A stretch of 64,000 nt of DNA from Candidatus Limnocylindrus sp. (GCA_040397215.1 JBBAWK010000001.1); one strand, 5' to 3'. Shown: positions 47,969-56,901, counted from the stretch's first letter. The notes: generated by a model from the sequence alone, not told the origin. Numbers and translations are program-made.

Positions 47969-48658
47969 TTACGCTGGCTTGATCTGGCTGTATACGTACA
48001 GCAAGATGACGATGCCAACGCCAAGTCCAACGAGCACCATCTTGAGCGCGCCGCTCTGGTCAGTTTTCGGAAGGCCAACGCCAGCCGTAAGGCCAGATGG
48101 CAACGCTCGAAGAATGGCAAGGCCGATGAACGTTGCAATCAACTTGTCGGCGGTCGAACCTGGAAGGCCGCCGAGGAATGAGGCTGCAAGCACACCGGTG
48201 CCGCCTGAGGCGAGCGCCGCCACGAGCGCGTCCGAGGAGTGCCCGGTGGCACCACCGAAGACGAATGTAATGATTGGCGCAGCCATTGCCTGAACGGCAA
48301 TACCGCAGATCACTCCAACGGCAATCAAGCCTGGGAGCGACTTGCCGAGGCCGAAGTTACGGATACCGTAACCCCAGACGAGGGCGCCAACGACGTTACA
48401 GAGCGCGAACGGAATCCCAACGGGACCGTTGACCAATGAGCCAGCGGTGTTCGTGATGATTCCGGTGAGGGCGCCCCACCAAGGTCCGAGCGCGACGCTC
48501 ACGACCATGGTCCCGATCATGTCGAGGAAGATCGGTACGTTTACGAGCTTGATAATGAATCCGCCGACGATGTTGAGGGCCGCCATCACTGGCACAAGGA
48601 CCGCAACGTACGAGAGCGGGATTCGCTGGGCGGCGCGTGCCGCTGCTGCTCCTGACAT
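47969..48658 (-). CDS. ECF transporter substrate-specific (S) component, substrate unknown (nucleoside/queuosine-type suspected)
   Basis: Internal ATG at 48658 (MSGAAAARAAQRIPLSYVAVLVPVMAAL) with GGGAGGAA SD. 229 aa, about six TM helices, Gly-rich like ECF S-proteins. The N-terminal 79 aa of the track ORF lie in the leader. Confidence 0.6.
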   Translation of the reverse strand: MSGAAAARAAQRIPLSYVAVLVPVMAALNIVGGFIIKLVNVPIFLDMIGTMVVSVALGPWWGALTGIITNTAGSLVNGPVGIPFALCNVVGALVWGYGIRNFGLGKSLPGLIAVGVICGIAVQAMAAPIITFVFGGATGHSSDALVAALASGGTGVLAASFLGGLPGSTADKLIATFIGLAILRALPSGLTAGVGLPKTDQSGALKMVLVGLGVGIVILLYVYSQIKPA

Positions 48659-48767
48659 CTCTGTTCCTCCCTTTCGTCGGTCCCCACTCAGAGAGCCGAC
48701 CTGTTTCGCCTGGGGTGACAACGTCACCCTTGGCTTTACAACCAAACGGCAACCCGCCGTTGCGCGC

Positions 48768-48795
48768 ACGTTATGCTTCCTTAACCTGTTGTCAA
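48768..48795 (-). promoter_or_regulatory. Candidate sigma-70-type promoter for the S-component operon (TTGACA-16 nt-TAACGT on the minus strand)
   Basis: Hexamers read by eye in the 249-nt divergent intergenic region. Predicts a ~105-nt leader containing three GC-rich hairpins. Confidence 0.3.
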
Positions 48796-48907
48796 GCCCC
48801 TGATGCGTCAGGCGAGTCAGCGACCGAGGGGTTGCGGCAGTGGGCTTCGGGGTATGGTCTCCCCCTTGGGGAGCGCGGGCCAGGGGGCCCATCACGAGGA
48901 GGCATTC

Positions 48908-49915
48908 ATGCGAGGGAAGTGGTGGTCGAACCCGATTCTGAGCTCACTGACCCCAGTGGTTGAGGGTTCTGGGTTTGTTACAACAAACGAGGGGGAGGTC
49001 CGGCGGGTGGCGACGTGGATGGCCGCCGAGGAGTTCCCCGACTTCCGCTCCACCGCCCCAGCTGCGAAGAGCCCCTTCGACATCGGCTCCGACCCCGACA
49101 AGAACATCGACCTCACGATGCTCATCGCCATCCTCAACTTCGCCTTTACCGACTTCGCCACCTCCAAGAAGTTCGAAGTCACCTATAACGGGGTCCGCTA
49201 CTCCGACAGCGAGGCGATGTTCGCCTGCCTGCACAAGGCGATCCTGGCTGGGCAGCCAATCCTCACCGGCCAGTGGGCCGCAGGGGTCACTCGCCGCGAC
49301 CTTGAGGAGCTCTTCCGTGGCGACAACGAGATGCCGATGCTCGATGAGCGAGTCGTGGCACTCAATACGGTCGGCGCCGCCCTAACCGAGAAGTACGACG
49401 GGAAGTGGCACCGCTGGGTCGCTTCATGTGCGCCCGCCCTGTACGCCGGTGGCGATGGGCTGTTGGAGCGACTCGTCACTGAGTTCCCACGCTTCGACGA
49501 TTTGAGCGACTGGAAGGGGCACAAGATCCAGATTCAGAAGCTCTCGCAGCTTGGCTTGTGGGGCTTGCACCGTGGCCTAGCCCCACTCGGTCGCACAGTG
49601 CTGAAAGATCCAGAGATGTGCACGGCGTTTGCCGACTACATCGTGCCGGTCGCACTGCGCACCATGGGAATCTTTCAATACGAAGCATCACTGGAGAAGC
49701 GGATTATGGCTGGCGAAATGATCCAGCGAGATTCACTTGAAGAGATTGAGATTCGTGCGCACAGCATCTATGCAACAGCGCTCCTCACCGACGAGGTGAA
49801 CGCGCGACGACCAGCCGATAAGCAGCTGCTGATTCCGGAGGTTGACTACCGACTCTGGAAGACGTATCACGCGACGCACTATCCGCACCATCTAACGCGA
49901 ACGATCATGTACTAA
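48908..49915 (+). CDS. DUF2419 / Q_salvage-family protein (Qng1-like queuosine-nucleotide N-glycosylase homolog)
   Basis: ATG at 48908 with GAGGAGG 6 nt upstream. 335 aa. C-terminal region FADYIVPVALRTMGIFQYEASLEKRI...SLEEIEIRAHSIYATALL resembles the conserved FADYRVPQ...EEVEIRxxS block I recall for DUF2419/QNG1 (not database-verified). Confidence 0.5.
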   Translation: MRGKWWSNPILSSLTPVVEGSGFVTTNEGEVRRVATWMAAEEFPDFRSTAPAAKSPFDIGSDPDKNIDLTMLIAILNFAFTDFATSKKFEVTYNGVRYSDSEAMFACLHKAILAGQPILTGQWAAGVTRRDLEELFRGDNEMPMLDERVVALNTVGAALTEKYDGKWHRWVASCAPALYAGGDGLLERLVTEFPRFDDLSDWKGHKIQIQKLSQLGLWGLHRGLAPLGRTVLKDPEMCTAFADYIVPVALRTMGIFQYEASLEKRIMAGEMIQRDSLEEIEIRAHSIYATALLTDEVNARRPADKQLLIPEVDYRLWKTYHATHYPHHLTRTIMY

Positions 49916-49917
49916 CG

Positions 49918-51141
49918 GTGTCGAAGAGGCCACGCGGCGCACGTTCGCTGCCATTCGCTGATGTTCTCTCGCTAGATGGCGCTGTCGTCACATCACTCGG
50001 TGGGCTGATTGCACGCGCGCCCGTCGCCATGGTGCCGATCGGGCTGATTGCAATCGGTAGCGGAGCGTTGAACTCCTACGCCGTTGGTGGCGCTGCTGCT
50101 GGCGCCTTCTCTATTGCAAACGCGGTTGGCGCAACGCTGATTGGTCGATCGGCTGATGAGCAGGGGCATCAACGAACACTAATTCGTGCGACCGCTGTGA
50201 TGCTCGTTGCCGCAGCGGCGATCACTGCCGTGGCACTTGCGGCGCCTGAAGCGGTCTTACTGATTGCAGCATCGGCGCTTTTCGGCGCTGCAACGCCAAA
50301 CATCGGCTCGATCATTCGTGCGCGTTGGACCGCTGTGGTGAAAAGCGGACCACTGCGACTCCGTGCCATGGCACTAGAGTCTGTGAACGATGAGGTGAAC
50401 TTCCTGATCGGTCCACCGCTTGCATCACTCCTGATTGTGCAAGGGCTCCTCTGGGGGCCCATCGCGGTCGCCGCGCTCCTATCGCTGATCGGGCTCATTG
50501 CCGTGTTGTCGCAGCGAAAGTGGGAGCCGGCGCTGCACGCACCAGATGCTGCGGGCATGGCTGGGGCGATTCGAGAAAACGGGCTGCTCATTGTGAGTGC
50601 GGCTGGAATTGGTTTGATCCTCGGTTCAAGCCAGGTGTTACTACTTGGATACTGCACGGCAATTGGTGCGGCGACCGGCATTGCGCTGGCTCTTGGATTG
50701 AACTCTGGAGCAAGCCTCGTTGGTGCAATTCTCATCGGCGCAAAGAGCGATTGGCGCTGGTCGGCGGAGCGGCGATTCGCCGTGGCCGCGATCTTCTTCG
50801 CACTTGTCACGATCCCTACGGCGCTCGTTGACGGTTACGTGCCGTACCTGATTGTCACGACAATCGCGGGCTTCGGCATCGCACCGATGTTTATTCAGAT
50901 CAATGCGGCGGTCGCAGAGCGAGCCGGTGGTTCTGCTCGAAGTGGTGCATTTGCCCTCATCGGTGGTGGTGTTGTGTTCGGCATCTCTGCCGGTTCGGCA
51001 ATCGGTGGCGTAGCGATTGACGCGGCTGGGGCTTCGGATGCGCGGCTGGTTTTGATCCCGCTGGTGCTCCTGATGGTGCTCCCGATCCTGCTTGGAGCTC
51101 AGCGCGCCGAGAAGCGCCCGACCCGCTCCGCAAAGCGCTGA
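49918..51141 (+). CDS. MFS transporter
   Basis: 407 aa, twelve TM helices; starts 2 nt after the DUF2419 gene. Confidence 0.75.
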   Translation: MSKRPRGARSLPFADVLSLDGAVVTSLGGLIARAPVAMVPIGLIAIGSGALNSYAVGGAAAGAFSIANAVGATLIGRSADEQGHQRTLIRATAVMLVAAAAITAVALAAPEAVLLIAASALFGAATPNIGSIIRARWTAVVKSGPLRLRAMALESVNDEVNFLIGPPLASLLIVQGLLWGPIAVAALLSLIGLIAVLSQRKWEPALHAPDAAGMAGAIRENGLLIVSAAGIGLILGSSQVLLLGYCTAIGAATGIALALGLNSGASLVGAILIGAKSDWRWSAERRFAVAAIFFALVTIPTALVDGYVPYLIVTTIAGFGIAPMFIQINAAVAERAGGSARSGAFALIGGGVVFGISAGSAIGGVAIDAAGASDARLVLIPLVLLMVLPILLGAQRAEKRPTRSAKR

Positions 51142-52109
51142 AGGAAGGCCTCGCCGTCGCCGGCTATGGCGACGCGGCTGTTCGCTGGGGTGTTGGTGCG
51201 GCCCCGCACATCCACGAGAAGGTCTCCCTGCGTGATCCCCTCACGCGTCTCAACGGCGCTCGGCGCACTGATGATGGTTGCAAGCCCTGCATCAAGCGCC
51301 ATCGCCACGGTGAAGGCGTCGTGAATGTGTGACCCCTCGATCTTGTCGTACTGCAGGTGGAACTCGTCGTAGAAGCGCAGCGCCTCGTCGATTAGGCGCA
51401 AGACCGGGTTGAGTGTGGCATCGCCGCGCTGTGCGCCAACACGGCCGGCTGCGGCAACGAGTGCCGCCCAATGCGGCGGTCGAATGAGTGCCGACTCTGT
51501 GGCATCAAGTGGCAAGATGAGCGCGGGTCGGCCCGCTGCAGCACAGGCGCGAATCACCTCGTCAAGTGCCTCAGGGTCACACCAGGCGTTCCACTCACTG
51601 CGCGCACCAGTGTTCCCTGGAGTTGCAACAGCGCCAGTCATCAACACCACGTCGTGTAAGAGCGTCGGTAGCTCGGCGTCAATTCGGAAGGCGGCGGCAA
51701 TGTTGGTGGCCGGCGCGCAGCCGATGATCGTCACGGCGCCAGGATGACGACGCACCTCGGCAACGATGCGCGCGGCAGCGGCGTTCGTGCCATCGGCGGA
51801 GGGGGTGCTGAGCGCGCGTGATAGCGCAGGGAGAACGGCGTACCCAAGACCAGTTGGCCCGTGTGTCTCTGGTGTGGTGACCAGCGCCTTCACGAGCGGC
51901 GTACGAGCGCCGGCGATCACGTCGATGTGCGACGCACCCGCAACGTCGAGCACGCCACGCGTGTTGCGCACGACTGCTTCGAGGTTAACGTTCCCTGGTG
52001 CACAGGTTGCAACGAGCAGCTCGGCATCGGGTGATGCGAGTGCGTAGAGGAGCGCCATTGCATCATCGATGCCCGTGTCGACATCGAGGATGAGTTTCTG
52101 CTGTGGCAT
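51099..52109 (-). CDS. Nucleoside hydrolase (IunH/RihA-like; cf. QueK)
   Basis: 336 aa with the calcium-binding aspartate cluster LILDVDTGIDDAMAL at the N-terminus. Confidence 0.85.
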   Translation of the reverse strand: MPQQKLILDVDTGIDDAMALLYALASPDAELLVATCAPGNVNLEAVVRNTRGVLDVAGASHIDVIAGARTPLVKALVTTPETHGPTGLGYAVLPALSRALSTPSADGTNAAAARIVAEVRRHPGAVTIIGCAPATNIAAAFRIDAELPTLLHDVVLMTGAVATPGNTGARSEWNAWCDPEALDEVIRACAAAGRPALILPLDATESALIRPPHWAALVAAAGRVGAQRGDATLNPVLRLIDEALRFYDEFHLQYDKIEGSHIHDAFTVAMALDAGLATIISAPSAVETREGITQGDLLVDVRGRTNTPANSRVAIAGDGEAFLQRFAERVGRFSAR

Positions 52110-52120
52110 GCGCGCGAGCG

Positions 52121-52909
52121 CTACTTGATGCGGCCGGCGGCGCGATCCGCCGCAATGAGCTTGCGCAGGCCCGCGATTGACGTATCGATCACGCGATCAA
52201 TCGATGAGTCGGCAAGCTCTGCCTCGGTCATTGGGCGCTGATCTGGATTGCCAAGGATCAACATTGCGCCGCCTGCGCGCACGCGCAGCGTTGCCGCAAC
52301 GATGAAGAGCGTTGCCGCCTCCATCTCGGAGCAGATTGCGCCACCTGCCATCCATGCCTTCCAGCGACGCTGCAGGTCCTCGGCGATCGGCATGCGCTCG
52401 GGATTGTGCTGGCCGTAGAACGAATCCTTTGACTGTGCGATGCCAACGTACCAAGGGAAGCCGCTCTCCTTCGCCGCCTCACGCAACGCGAGTGTGATGT
52501 CGAGATCGGCGACCGATGGGAACTCCATCGGTAGGTAGTGGCGACTGGTGCCTTCGTCGCGAATGGCGCCGCTAATGATCCCAACCGAGCCCGGCTTGAT
52601 GTGGTGCTGCATGGAGCCCGAGGTGCCGACGCGAATGAAGGTGTCAACGCCAACGTCTGCAAGCTCTTCTACAGCGATCGCCGTCGATGGGCAGCCGATG
52701 CCGGTCGAGGTGCAGGCAACAGGCACGCCGTCGAGTTCACCCGTCCAGGTGGTGTATTCGCGGCGGCGCATCAGGAACTTCGGGTTGTCAAAGCGGCTGG
52801 CGATGACCTCAACGCGATCCGGGTCGCCTGGGAGCAGCACGTAGCGGCCAACCTCGCCGTTGCGAATACCAATATGGTGCTTGCGGCCGTCGCTCTCGGT
52901 TGCTGCCAT
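52121..52909 (-). CDS. udp: Uridine phosphorylase-family nucleoside phosphorylase, paralog B
   Basis: 262 aa with the same Udp motif set as paralog A (roughly 70-75% identical by eye). Start overlaps the ribokinase stop as ATGA. Confidence 0.8.
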   Translation of the reverse strand: MAATESDGRKHHIGIRNGEVGRYVLLPGDPDRVEVIASRFDNPKFLMRRREYTTWTGELDGVPVACTSTGIGCPSTAIAVEELADVGVDTFIRVGTSGSMQHHIKPGSVGIISGAIRDEGTSRHYLPMEFPSVADLDITLALREAAKESGFPWYVGIAQSKDSFYGQHNPERMPIAEDLQRRWKAWMAGGAICSEMEAATLFIVAATLRVRAGGAMLILGNPDQRPMTEAELADSSIDRVIDTSIAGLRKLIAADRAAGRIK

Positions 52910-53844
52910 CAGCGCGTTCCTCTCACTAGATTTGGTGCGGCGAGTTTCGCCGCCTCTTCTTTCGAAATGTAGCTGCTCTGTGTGCCTGGCTTCTGCACGC
53001 TCTCTGAGGCGCAGGCTACGGCAAGTTCTGCCGCCCGAACAGGGGTGAGGCCACTGGCCAGACCGAAGGAGAAGGCGCCGAGGAACGAGTCGCCCGCCCC
53101 GGTCGTGTCGACCACGGTCACCTTCGGCGCGCTCACGCGCTGAAGGGGCTGACCACGCTCGGCGATTGCGGCACCGTAGCCACCGAGGGTCACCAGCAGG
53201 TTGACGCCGCTCTTCGCTGCGGCGGCAAGGATGCGCTCGTCGGCACCGTCGCCAATCGCCGAACCGCCGAAGAGGGTCGTGAACTCCATCTCGTTTGGCG
53301 CGAGCCAGTCCGAGAGGGCGAGGAGCTCAGGTTCGATGGGTGCGGCGGGGGCTGGGTTGAGCAGGGTGGTGATCCCCGCAGCACGTGCCGCGCGGAAGGC
53401 GGCGAGCGTTGTTGCTTGTGGAATCTCGAACTGGCCCACGACAATGGTTGGCTTGAAGTCGCGAATGGCCGCCTCGGCGACGGCTGGGTCGGTCTCGTTG
53501 TTGGCGCCGGGGACGATGATGATGCGGTTGATCCCATTCGCGTCGACCCAGATCGGCGCCACGCCACTAGAGCCTGGAACGGTGCGCATCCAACGCGTGT
53601 CGATCCCCTCGCGCACAAAGTTCGCGAGATGTGAAGCGCCGTACGCGTCGTCACCGACGGCGTTGACCATGGCGACGGGGGCGCCGAAGCGCGCCGCCTG
53701 CACCGCCTGGTTCGCCCCCTTCCCGCCGAAGCCCATCTGGAAGCGATCGCCGACCAGGGTCTCACCCGCATTGGGGATGACCTTGGCGTACGAGATCAGG
53801 TCCATCATGGTGCTGCCGACGACGAGAATGCGAGCGCTGCTCAT
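52909..53844 (-). CDS. rbsK: Ribokinase (PfkB family)
   Basis: Internal ATG at 53844 (MSSARILVVGS) with GGAGG SD. FGGKGANQAV and DTTGAGDSF motifs. 311 aa. Confidence 0.85.
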   Translation of the reverse strand: MSSARILVVGSTMMDLISYAKVIPNAGETLVGDRFQMGFGGKGANQAVQAARFGAPVAMVNAVGDDAYGASHLANFVREGIDTRWMRTVPGSSGVAPIWVDANGINRIIIVPGANNETDPAVAEAAIRDFKPTIVVGQFEIPQATTLAAFRAARAAGITTLLNPAPAAPIEPELLALSDWLAPNEMEFTTLFGGSAIGDGADERILAAAAKSGVNLLVTLGGYGAAIAERGQPLQRVSAPKVTVVDTTGAGDSFLGAFSFGLASGLTPVRAAELAVACASESVQKPGTQSSYISKEEAAKLAAPNLVRGTR

Positions 53845-53920
53845 AGAGCCTCCGTGCTGGGTAATTTGCTGTGGGGAGTCTACCGCCATCAGGGTTGGCG
53901 GTTGGCTGGGTTCCCGCCTG

Positions 53921-54307
53921 TTACTTAGCGCGCAGCGTCTCGATTGCCTTCTGCGCAGTCTCAAGCCCAAGCAGCGCGCAGTGGATGCGCGTGGGGCCAA
54001 CCTCTACCCCAAGGAGCTCCATCACGAAGGGACTGCTGAGCGCCAGGATCTCATCGATGCGCTTGCCCCGCAACTCGTCGGTAATGAGCGAGGTCCCCGC
54101 CTGCGAGATGGCGCAGCCACGGCCGCTGAAGGCCACATCGGTGATCACGCCCGCGTCATCAAGTTGTAGTTGCAGATTTATGACGTCACCACAGTTTGGA
54201 TTGCGCCCTTCGAGGCTCACGCTGGGTGCAGCGAGGGTTCCCTGGTTGTGCGGGCGGCGATGGTGCTCAAGGATCTGCTCCCTGTAGAGATCGTCTATAC
54301 CACCCAT
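53921..54307 (-). CDS. sufU: SUF-system Fe-S cluster scaffold/sulfurtransferase SufU (NifU-like)
   Basis: 128 aa: NPNCGD, GRGCAISQA, RIHCALL cysteine and metal ligands. Confidence 0.85.
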   Translation of the reverse strand: MGGIDDLYREQILEHHRRPHNQGTLAAPSVSLEGRNPNCGDVINLQLQLDDAGVITDVAFSGRGCAISQAGTSLITDELRGKRIDEILALSSPFVMELLGVEVGPTRIHCALLGLETAQKAIETLRAK

Positions 54308-54310
54308 GAC

Positions 54311-55567
54311 TTACCCCTCAAATACTTTGCGCGCGTCGCGCAGGCCAGCGAACAGGGCGTCGAGATCGTCGTGTGTGGTGAAGGGGGCAACGCTGACGCG
54401 CGCCGAGGAGCTGAGCTCCAGCTGCTCGTGGAGCGGCTGGGCGCAGTGGAAGCCGGCTCGAATAGCCACCCCACGGCGGTCGAGGATCTCAGCAAGGTCA
54501 TGGGCGTGCACGAGATCGCTCGAGAAGGCGACCAGGCCGGCGCGCTGGCTAGCGTCCCGCGGCCCAAGGATTCGAGCGTCGGGGAGCACCTCAGGGAGCT
54601 CGCGCAGCACGCGCTCAATCATGAGCGCCTCGTGCGCGTGGATCTTGTCGCGGCCGAACTCGTCGAGCAGGTCACAGGCGGCGGCGAGGGCTACGGCACC
54701 CGACGCGTCGGGGGTGCCCGCCTCAAATCGCTGGGTGCCCGTCGCAAAGTCGGCGTCGCGCAGGCGCACGCTGTGGATCATGTCGCCACCGGTTTCAATC
54801 GGCGCCATCTCGGAAAGGAGGTCGGCACGCGCCCAGAGGCCGCCGCCAGCGAAGAGGCCGCCCATCTTGTGTGCACTAAAGGCGTAGAAGTCGGCGCCAG
54901 TGGCGGGAATCGAGACGGGCATGTTCGCGACCGCCTGGCAGCCGTCGACACAGAGGAGTGCGCCAACGGCGTGCGCCGCTTCGGCAATCTGGGCCAGTGG
55001 TGCAATGGAGCCAAGCACGTTGGAGACGTGCCCAAGAGCGACCATCTTTGGCTTCAACTTCATGAGCGAGTCGAGGCGATCCCAGAGGATCTCGCCGGTT
55101 ACGTCGTCAACGGGGATGAATTCAAGGTCAGCATCCATCTCGCGTGTGATCTGCTGCCACGGGATGAGATTTGCGTGATGCTCTGCCTCAGTGACGAGCA
55201 CCACGTCGCCGCGGCGCAGGTTTGCTTTGCCCCACGAAAGCGCGACAAGATTGAGCGCTTCTGTGGCGCTGCCGAGCAGCACCAGCTCGCTCGCTGGCAC
55301 GTTCAAATACGTAGCGATGCGCGCGCGGGCCCCTTCGTACCCGTCGGTCGCCATCTGGGCGAGGGCATACGAGCCGCGGTGCGGGTTCGCATTCGCGGTG
55401 AAGAGGTACTTTGAAAGTGCATCAACAACGCGCTGAGGGCGCTGCCCTGTCGCGGCGCTGTCAAGATAGTGCAGTGGCCGACCGCCAGGTTGCGTCTTAA
55501 AGATTGGATATTCGGCGCGTACCTTTACTGGGTCTAGCGCGCCGTCAGCGTTATGCCACATGCTCAT
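54311..55567 (-). CDS. sufS: Cysteine desulfurase, SufS-like (aminotransferase class V)
   Basis: 418 aa. PLP-lysine region FSAHKMGG, C-terminal active-site region. Sits between sufC and sufU. Confidence 0.85.
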   Translation of the reverse strand: MSMWHNADGALDPVKVRAEYPIFKTQPGGRPLHYLDSAATGQRPQRVVDALSKYLFTANANPHRGSYALAQMATDGYEGARARIATYLNVPASELVLLGSATEALNLVALSWGKANLRRGDVVLVTEAEHHANLIPWQQITREMDADLEFIPVDDVTGEILWDRLDSLMKLKPKMVALGHVSNVLGSIAPLAQIAEAAHAVGALLCVDGCQAVANMPVSIPATGADFYAFSAHKMGGLFAGGGLWARADLLSEMAPIETGGDMIHSVRLRDADFATGTQRFEAGTPDASGAVALAAACDLLDEFGRDKIHAHEALMIERVLRELPEVLPDARILGPRDASQRAGLVAFSSDLVHAHDLAEILDRRGVAIRAGFHCAQPLHEQLELSSSARVSVAPFTTHDDLDALFAGLRDARKVFEG

Positions 55568-55590
55568 TTTGCGAGCCTACACCCGCCGCG

Positions 55591-56454
55591 TTACGCCGAC
55601 GGCGCTGGTGCAGCTGTCGGCGTTGCCGCCTCTTCTGCCGTAGGGCTGATGCCGTTCTCGGCAAGGATCGGCGCGTACCCTTCGCTCTCTAGCCGGTGCG
55701 CCAGATCTGGTCCACCTGAAACGACGATGCGGCCGCGCGCGAGCACGTGCACGAACTGTGGCTTCAAGTAATCGAGCAGTCGCTGATAGTGCGTAATTAC
55801 CAATACCCCGAGCTCTGGCGAGAGCATCGTGTTCACTCCTTCGGCAACAATGCGCAGCGCATCGATGTCAAGGCCAGAGTCGGTCTCGTCGAGGATCGCC
55901 ATCTCTGGCTTCAGCAGAGCCATCTGCAACATCTCAAGGCGCTTCTTCTCGCCGCCCGAGAACCCATCATTCACGTAGCGCGTCATAAATGCCTCGTCCA
56001 TCTTCAGTTGCGTGAGCTTCTCTTTGACGAGCTTTCGGAACTCGCCCATCGTCATGCCGCCCTTCACTGGGTCCGACGGATCGAACTCAGGATCGCGTAC
56101 CAAGCCGGAGCGACGCGCATTCATTGCGGTGCGCAAGAAGCTCGCAACGGAGAGACCAGGAATCGAGGTTGGATACTGGAAGGCCAAGAAGAGGCCGAGT
56201 CGCGCGCGTTGGTCGGCGCTGTAGTCGAGCAGGTTCTCACCCTTCCAGAGGACAGTGCCAGAGACGATTTTGTAGCTCGGGTGTCCCACTAGCGCGTAGC
56301 TGAGGGTCGTTTTGCCGGAGCCGTTCGGCCCCATGATCGCGTGCACTTCGCCCGGTTTCACCGTCAGCGAGATCCCCTGAAGGATGTGCTTGCTCAGATC
56401 GCTCGAAGGTGCGACGACGAGGTCCTTGATGACCAGATACGCGTTCTCACTCAT
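55591..56454 (-). CDS. sufC: Fe-S cluster assembly ATPase SufC
   Basis: 287 aa: [46 protein letters not shown]. Low-complexity C-terminal tail [15 protein letters not shown]. Confidence 0.9.
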   Translation of the reverse strand: MSENAYLVIKDLVVAPSSDLSKHILQGISLTVKPGEVHAIMGPNGSGKTTLSYALVGHPSYKIVSGTVLWKGENLLDYSADQRARLGLFLAFQYPTSIPGLSVASFLRTAMNARRSGLVRDPEFDPSDPVKGGMTMGEFRKLVKEKLTQLKMDEAFMTRYVNDGFSGGEKKRLEMLQMALLKPEMAILDETDSGLDIDALRIVAEGVNTMLSPELGVLVITHYQRLLDYLKPQFVHVLARGRIVVSGGPDLAHRLESEGYAPILAENGISPTAEEAATPTAAPAPSA

Positions 56455-56472
56455 GTGCCTCTCCTCTCTCTC

Positions 56473-56901
56473 TCAGTGTTTGGTTGAACTACTCAGGGCG
56501 ACCGGCGAGCCGGGCTTCGCCAAGTCGGCGAGGGTGAAGGAGTCGAGCGCCTCGTTGACCGAGTCGCGTACGCGGCTCCAGAGCTGGCTCACGGTGCAGT
56601 TGTCGGCGCGATTGCAGGGGCTCCCAGCTGCGGCCAGGCAGGCCATCGGCACGATGGGGCCCTCAAGCGCCCTTACGACCTCACCCATGCGCACCTCGCT
56701 CGCCGGTCGGGCGAGGCGGTAGCCGCCATGTGCCCCACGCTGGCTATCGATGAGGCCCGCATCGCGCAGGCCACCAATGATCTGCTCCAAGTACGCGCGT
56801 GGCAGGTCTTCCTGATCGGCGATATCGGTCAGCGAGACAGGCTCGCCGTGATCCATGCGGGTGAGGGCGACCATGAAGCGCACCCCGTACTCACTGCGCA
56901 T
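56473..56901 (-). CDS. Rrf2-family transcriptional regulator with a 3-Cys cluster (IscR/SufR-like)
   Basis: Internal ATG at 56901 (MRSEYGVRFMVALT). wHTH then CLAAAGSPCNRADNC. 142 aa. The N-terminal 156 aa of the track ORF look spurious. Confidence 0.75.
   Translation of the reverse strand: MRSEYGVRFMVALTRMDHGEPVSLTDIADQEDLPRAYLEQIIGGLRDAGLIDSQRGAHGGYRLARPASEVRMGEVVRALEGPIVPMACLAAAGSPCNRADNCTVSQLWSRVRDSVNEALDSFTLADLAKPGSPVALSSSTKH

Noticed and set aside
48659-48800. Possible preQ1-I or TPP riboswitch in the S-component leader
   Set aside because: The GGGUGAC/GUCACCC hairpin has only a 3-nt loop and there is no A-rich tail as in preQ1-I. CUGAGU/GGGGA elements are in the wrong order for a TPP aptamer. 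No confident class match, so kept only as an unclassified structured leader.
47969-48895. Full 308-aa ORF for the ECF S-component (and analogous long N-terminal extensions of ORFs 52909..54000, 56473..57369, 48803..49915, 10548..11426, 31037..31603)
   Set aside because: The N-terminal portions are Arg-rich, non-hydrophobic or overlap neighbouring genes or leaders. Internal ATGs with good SD sequences give proteins of family-typical length, so the extensions are ORF-caller artefacts.
48915-48940. tRNA-like T-arm motif (GGTCGAACCCG)
   Set aside because: Lies inside the DUF2419 coding frame. No acceptor/anticodon stem context and it deviates from the GGTTCGAATCC consensus.
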